Translations under genes and position numbers: made by a program
NCBI GenBank assembly: GCA_947503555.1
Contig: CANNEE010000005.1
Span: 171,951 to 235,950, forward strand
Direction: 5' to 3'
Origin: an uncultured Shewanella sp.
Lineage (GTDB): Bacteria > Pseudomonadota > Gammaproteobacteria > Enterobacterales > Shewanellaceae
Length of the DNA: 64,000 nucleotides
The notes under the pieces: model-generated
Database searches by the model: none
Told to the model about the DNA's origin: nothing
What the model saw: the letters and a program-made list of their open reading frames with translations, nothing else
Shown here: positions 59,338 to 64,000 of the stretch, in pieces
How positions within the stretch are numbered: position 1 is the stretch's first letter
How the letters are laid out: each line of letters starts with the position of its first letter

Positions 59338-60702
59338 ATGGCACAATTTTTCAAAGCAAAACCAAATAGATCCAATAAGCTCTCAGCAAAGCTGGCTCTA
59401 AGTGTAACCCAGTTAGACCATTTAGGGGCGGGAATTGCTCAGCATCAAGGTAAGGTCGTGTTTGTGCCCGGTGCATTACCTGGTGAAACTGTGACGGCGC
59501 AATTGACCGAGCAAAAAAAGCGCTATGCCAAGGCCAAGTTAATTAAAATAGATACTCCTTCGGCTCAGCGATTGACGCCTGAATGTGAGTTTTATGGTCA
59601 GTGTGGGGGCTGCGATTTACAGCATATGTCCCTTGAAGGGCAGCGAGAGCATAAACAGCGGGCGCTTGCCGAGCTGATGGGAAAAACCGTTAAAGTGGAG
59701 AATTCCATAGATATAGCACCAGCACTAATGGGCAATCCTTGGGGTTATAGACGCAGAGCGCGTTTGGCGACCTATTTTGATAAGCAGAGTAAGGCGCTGA
59801 GTTTAGGGTTTCGCGCAGCTAATTCAAATAAGGTAGTGAATATCAGTCACTGCAAAGTACTCTCTCCTGCGCTGTCGGCGCTCATCGCGCCTTTATCTGC
59901 GCAGTTGAATTTACTCTCTAACAAGAAAGCCCTTGGCCATGTTGAGCTCACCGCCGCCGATAATCATCACTTTGTCGTGATACGTGTTGTCAGTGCCCTT
60001 AAGCAAACAGATTTAGATCTACTGGCCGAGTTTGCAACCCAGCATCAAGTGATTGTGCTGCTACAAGATGAAAACGGTGATTGTCGTGATGTGAAAGCCC
60101 AAGTCGGTAGCGCTGATAATCTTAATAGTCTTGAACAGCCGCAATACCTGCTCAATGAAGGAATCAAGCTTGATTTTGCACCGGGCAACTTTATTCAAGT
60201 TAATGGTGAAATGAATCAGGCGATGGTAAGTCAGGCAATCGATTGGCTTGAATTGACGCCTAAAGATAGGGTGCTGGACCTCTTTTGCGGCATGGGTAAC
60301 TTTAGTTTAGCTATGGCCAAAACAGGGGCTCATGTGATTGGTGTTGAAGGTGTGCCCGCTATGGTTGAGCAGGCCAAAGCCAATGCTGAACTTAATGGTC
60401 TTAACAATGTCGACTTTTATCATGCCGATTTAAGTGCTGATATGGTCGATGCGCCATGGATGGATGCGGTTGATAAGCTGCTTCTCGATCCTGCCCGTGC
60501 TGGTGCCTATGAGATTCTGCACCTTTTAGAAACTATGCAACCTAAGTTGGTGGTCTATGTCTCCTGTAATCCTGCCTCGCTTTCAAGAGATGCCTGCGTG
60601 TTATATGAGCAGGGTTATAAACTACAAAGAGTCGGCTTAATCGATATGTTCCCTCAGACCCACCATATCGAGGCCATAGCATTGTTTAGTAAAGCTAAGT
60701 AG
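59338..60702 (+). CDS. rlmD: 23S rRNA m5U1939 methyltransferase
   Basis: TRAM domain, [10 protein letters not shown] Fe-S motif, [28 protein letters not shown] and MFPQTHHIE. Confidence 0.96.
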   Translation: MAQFFKAKPNRSNKLSAKLALSVTQLDHLGAGIAQHQGKVVFVPGALPGETVTAQLTEQKKRYAKAKLIKIDTPSAQRLTPECEFYGQCGGCDLQHMSLEGQREHKQRALAELMGKTVKVENSIDIAPALMGNPWGYRRRARLATYFDKQSKALSLGFRAANSNKVVNISHCKVLSPALSALIAPLSAQLNLLSNKKALGHVELTAADNHHFVVIRVVSALKQTDLDLLAEFATQHQVIVLLQDENGDCRDVKAQVGSADNLNSLEQPQYLLNEGIKLDFAPGNFIQVNGEMNQAMVSQAIDWLELTPKDRVLDLFCGMGNFSLAMAKTGAHVIGVEGVPAMVEQAKANAELNGLNNVDFYHADLSADMVDAPWMDAVDKLLLDPARAGAYEILHLLETMQPKLVVYVSCNPASLSRDACVLYEQGYKLQRVGLIDMFPQTHHIEAIALFSKAK

Positions 60703-60859
60703 TAAGTTGAAGTTAGATGGTTTTTTAGCCGTTTAAAGTAATAAAATGAAAGCTTGTTATATATTCGCTCATTTGGCTTTAGGATGTTTGACTTCTGTCG
60801 CGTAATCCTGAATATATGAGTAAAACATTGAGGCTGTTCTAGCGTAAAGGAATGAACAC

Positions 60860-63064
60860 ATGGTATCGGTTCGCGAAGCACATTTTGATGATCCAGACTT
60901 TCAAGTAGAAAAGTGGGCTCAACGTCATATCAGTGATACGGACGAGGCTCTAGCTATCGTAGCGCTTATGGGGCAACTCGATAGCCTGCCCTATGAAAGT
61001 GAGCAGCAGCATCAAGAGCTATTAGCCCTATCGCGCGAAATGATAGAGATATTGGCGCCGCTCAATATGGATCTTGAAACGCTGCAGGCGGCAGTCTTGT
61101 TTGTGATGCTCGATGCCAAATTGCTTGATAATGAGCAGATAGAGGAGAGATTCGGTGCTAAGCTGGCGGCGCTAGTGGCCAGTGCCGTGACCATGGACGC
61201 TATTGGCAATTTACAGACATCGAGTTCTTCTGAGCCTCAGGTCGATAATATACGTCGCATGCTACTGGCCATGGTGGAAGATGTGCGCGCCGTGGTGATA
61301 AAACTTGCCGAGAAAGTCTGCCAGCTAAGACTAGTGAAAAATGCCTGTGAAGAGACGCGAGTGCTACTTGCTCGTGAGATTTCCGATATTTACGCCCCTT
61401 TGGCCAACCGTTTAGGCATAGGTCAGCTTAAGTGGGAGCTAGAAGATATCTCTTTTAGATATTTGCATCCAGAAACCTACAAAGAGATTGCCAAACAGCT
61501 GGATGGTAAGCGTCTTGATAGGGAAACCTTTGTCGATGACTTTGTCTCACAGCTGCAGGCCAAGCTAGATGAAGAGAATATTCGCGCTAAGGTCTATGGT
61601 CGTCCTAAACATATCTATAGTATCTGGCGCAAAATGAAAGGTAAGCAGCTGAAGTTTGATGAGCTGTTTGACGTTCGTGCCGTACGTATTGTTACCGAGC
61701 GTCTACAGGATTGCTATGGCGCATTAGGTGTCGTTCATACCCTTTGGCATCATATTCCTCGTGAGTTCGATGACTATGTGGCAAACCCTAAGCCCAATGG
61801 CTATCAGTCTATTCACACCATAGTTGTTGGTCCTGAAGGTAAAACCGTCGAAATTCAAATTCGTACCCAAGAGATGCATGATGATGCCGAGCTTGGTGTT
61901 GCGGCGCACTGGAAATATAAAGAGGGCCATGCGGGTAAACAGAGCGGCTACGAAGAGAAGATCAACTGGCTACGTAAAATTTTGCAGTGGCAAGAAGATG
62001 TGGCCGAAAGTGGCAACCTAGTTGAAGAGATCCGCAGCCAAGTATTTGAAGACAGAGTCTATGTCTTTACGCCAAGTGGTGAGGTCGTTGACTTGCCATT
62101 AGGCTCGACGGTATTGGACTTTGCTTACTATATTCACTCCCATGTTGGCCATAAGTGTATCGGTGCTAAGGTTGATGGCCGTATCGTACCTTTCACCTAT
62201 CAAGTGGAAACTGGCGAGCGAATTGAGATTATCACCTCTAAGCAGCCAAACCCTAAGCGTGACTGGCTCAACCCTAACCTAGGGTATATTCGTTCATCCA
62301 GAGCTCGATCGAAAATTCAGCACTGGTTCAAGCAGCAAGATAGAGACAAGAATATTGTTGCTGGTCGTGAGATGTTAGAAACAGAGCTAGCGCGCATTGG
62401 TAAGAAGATTAAAGATGCCGAATGCGCGGTTGAACGCTTTAACATGATGAGCATGGACGATCTACTTGCGGGTATTGGTGGCGGTGATGTGCGCCTTAAC
62501 CAAGTAGTCAACCATGTTGAGTCTCAATCCCGCGCTGAGAAGTTAACCGATGAGGAAGTGGTTGAAGGCATAGTTAAGAAGAGCCAAAACCATAGACCCG
62601 CAGCCACTAAAAAGACCAAAGGTCAGGTTGAAGTCAGTGGTGTCGGTAATCTGATGAGCCATATTGCCAACTGTTGTCAGCCAGTGCCGGGCGATGAGAT
62701 CTTTGGCTATATCACTAAGAGCCGGGGCATTTCGGTGCACAGAGCTGATTGTGAGCAGGTTAAAGAGCTCCTTAGAACCAGCCCTGAGCGCGCCGTGGAT
62801 GTGGTTTGGGGTGAGAACTACTCAGGCGGATATAAGATCAGTATTCGCGTGGTGGCCAATGATAGAAATGGCCTACTAAGAGACGTGACTGCGGTATTAG
62901 CTGCGGAGAAAACCCATGTGATGGCCATGAGTTCATCATCGGATGTGAAGACCCAGACTGCTGCGATAGAGCTCGATTTAGAGCTATATAATCTTGAAGG
63001 GCTATCACGTATCTTATCTAAGCTGACCCAAATTGATGGGGTGATTGAGGCCCGTAGACTTTAA
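60860..63064 (+). CDS. relA: (p)ppGpp synthetase RelA
   Basis: RAVVIKLA, APLANRLGIGQLKWELED, GRPKHIYSI, PKPNGYQSIHT, EIQIRT and TGS/ACT domains; degenerate hydrolase region. Confidence 0.97.
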   Translation: MVSVREAHFDDPDFQVEKWAQRHISDTDEALAIVALMGQLDSLPYESEQQHQELLALSREMIEILAPLNMDLETLQAAVLFVMLDAKLLDNEQIEERFGAKLAALVASAVTMDAIGNLQTSSSSEPQVDNIRRMLLAMVEDVRAVVIKLAEKVCQLRLVKNACEETRVLLAREISDIYAPLANRLGIGQLKWELEDISFRYLHPETYKEIAKQLDGKRLDRETFVDDFVSQLQAKLDEENIRAKVYGRPKHIYSIWRKMKGKQLKFDELFDVRAVRIVTERLQDCYGALGVVHTLWHHIPREFDDYVANPKPNGYQSIHTIVVGPEGKTVEIQIRTQEMHDDAELGVAAHWKYKEGHAGKQSGYEEKINWLRKILQWQEDVAESGNLVEEIRSQVFEDRVYVFTPSGEVVDLPLGSTVLDFAYYIHSHVGHKCIGAKVDGRIVPFTYQVETGERIEIITSKQPNPKRDWLNPNLGYIRSSRARSKIQHWFKQQDRDKNIVAGREMLETELARIGKKIKDAECAVERFNMMSMDDLLAGIGGGDVRLNQVVNHVESQSRAEKLTDEEVVEGIVKKSQNHRPAATKKTKGQVEVSGVGNLMSHIANCCQPVPGDEIFGYITKSRGISVHRADCEQVKELLRTSPERAVDVVWGENYSGGYKISIRVVANDRNGLLRDVTAVLAAEKTHVMAMSSSSDVKTQTAAIELDLELYNLEGLSRILSKLTQIDGVIEARRL

Positions 63065-63955
63065 ATGAAACGAGAAGATTGTCAGTCTGTTGATAGCCAT
63101 TTGGTTGATAGCCACTCGGTTGATAGTGAACTGCAGAGTCAGTCGCTATCAGCCGATATCATACCTCTGTTGAATATCATGGCCAAGTTGAGGGACCCTG
63201 AAATTGGTTGCCCTTGGGATAGAGCGCAAGATTTTAACTCAATAGTGCCTTTTACCCTTGAAGAGGCCTATGAGGTTGCCGAAACCATAGAGACTCAAGA
63301 TTGGCAGGAGTTACCCGACGAGCTGGGCGACCTGCTGTTTCAGGTCGTGTTTTATTGCCAGCTAGGTAAAGAGCAGGGCATGTTTGATTTTCAAACTGTG
63401 ATTGAGCGTATTTGTAATAAATTGACTAGCCGTCATCCCCATGTGTTTGAACTCGATGGAGCCGCCACGAGTCCTGAGCAGGTCAAACAAACCTGGGAAG
63501 CGATAAAAGCAAGCGAGCGCGAGCAAAAGTCCCAGTTAACGCAAGGTCAAACTGCTTCTGTGCTGGATAATGTCCCTTTAGCCTTGCCATCTTTGTCACG
63601 TGCAGTGAAAATTCAAAAACGTGTCGCTAGAGTTGGTTTTGATTGGGATGAACTTGAGCCAGTAGTGGCTAAAATTCATGAAGAGATAGATGAGGTCTTG
63701 GCAGAAGTGACTCAAGGTGAAATTGCACAGGACAAGGTGCAAGATGAACTGGGCGACCTGCTGTTTGCTGTGGCTAACTTTGCTCGGCATATTGGGGTTG
63801 AACCTGAGCAAGCTTTGCGTCAAGCCAATGCCAAGTTTGAGCGGCGTTTTCGCGGTGTTGAGCAGCTAGCTAATAACAGTGATAAAACGATTGAGCAACA
63901 TAGTCTTGAAGAGTTAGATAAATATTGGGAACAAGTAAAGCAAGCAGAGAAATAG
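63065..63955 (+). CDS. mazG: Nucleoside triphosphate pyrophosphohydrolase MazG
   Basis: LRDPEIGCPWD, EEAYEV, ELGDLLFQV, RHPHVF, GFDW and EEIDEV…ELGDLLF motifs. Confidence 0.96.
   Translation: MKREDCQSVDSHLVDSHSVDSELQSQSLSADIIPLLNIMAKLRDPEIGCPWDRAQDFNSIVPFTLEEAYEVAETIETQDWQELPDELGDLLFQVVFYCQLGKEQGMFDFQTVIERICNKLTSRHPHVFELDGAATSPEQVKQTWEAIKASEREQKSQLTQGQTASVLDNVPLALPSLSRAVKIQKRVARVGFDWDELEPVVAKIHEEIDEVLAEVTQGEIAQDKVQDELGDLLFAVANFARHIGVEPEQALRQANAKFERRFRGVEQLANNSDKTIEQHSLEELDKYWEQVKQAEK
63089..63133 (+). repeat. Three imperfect 15-bp tandem repeats in the mazG 5' coding region
   Basis: GTTGATAGCCATTTG / GTTGATAGCCACTCG / GTTGATAGTGAACTG, encoding VDSHL-VDSHS-VDSEL. Confidence 0.8.
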
Positions 63956-64000
63956 TTTGCTGTCCCCTTAATTGAGCGCTAGCAGGCGTTGGTGCTCAAT

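Noticed and set aside
63060-63070. Absence of mazEF between relA and mazG
   Set aside because: Direct relA-mazG adjacency is the ordinary arrangement outside E. coli-like genomes and is not evidence of a deletion.
2236-63823. Numerous short ORFs from the track nested within or antisense to long genes (e.g. 12272-12754, 31287-31751, 38187-38516, 46297-46635)
   Set aside because: These are shadow frames of well-supported genes with no independent family signatures.
1-64000. rRNA, tRNA, transposases, integrases, prophage genes and riboswitches
   Set aside because: None recognised by eye; a tRNAscan-SE or cmscan run would be needed to exclude them formally.

Overview
This is a Shewanella-like chromosomal segment, judged from gene order and content: the lldP-dld-lldEFG lactate cluster, nadK-grpE-dxs-ispA-xseB-pomAB, and barA-rlmD-relA-mazG. 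Left to right it holds a partial iron-containing ADH, a porin, TetR plus a hydrolase, a six-gene glycogen operon (malQ glgB glgX glgP glgC glgA) and a 5TM-PAS-GGDEF-EAL protein. Next come a DEAD-box helicase, a COG0523 GTPase, a hemerythrin, a TPR-TonB_C protein, the lactate genes, core housekeeping genes and a glutathione peroxidase. The right part has pseudouridine catabolism genes, a two-component system flanked by two lipoproteins, a hemerythrin-diguanylate cyclase and barA-rlmD-relA-mazG. The standout is the ORF-free 1.3 kb between pomB and gpx (about 40086-41290). It holds four tandem ~261-274 bp repeats plus a fifth, diverged unit. Each unit on the minus strand has a sigmaE-type promoter (GAAC(C/T)T-N16-TC(T/A)(G/A)A), a UUCAUCAU-rich 5' seed, a hairpin with a UAGCGC loop and its own intrinsic terminator. 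This looks like an array of five envelope-stress small RNAs. Three of them have 11-nt perfect complementarity to the start region of the porin gene in this window. No rRNA, tRNA, CRISPR array or transposase was recognised. All motif calls were made by eye; no database searches were run.
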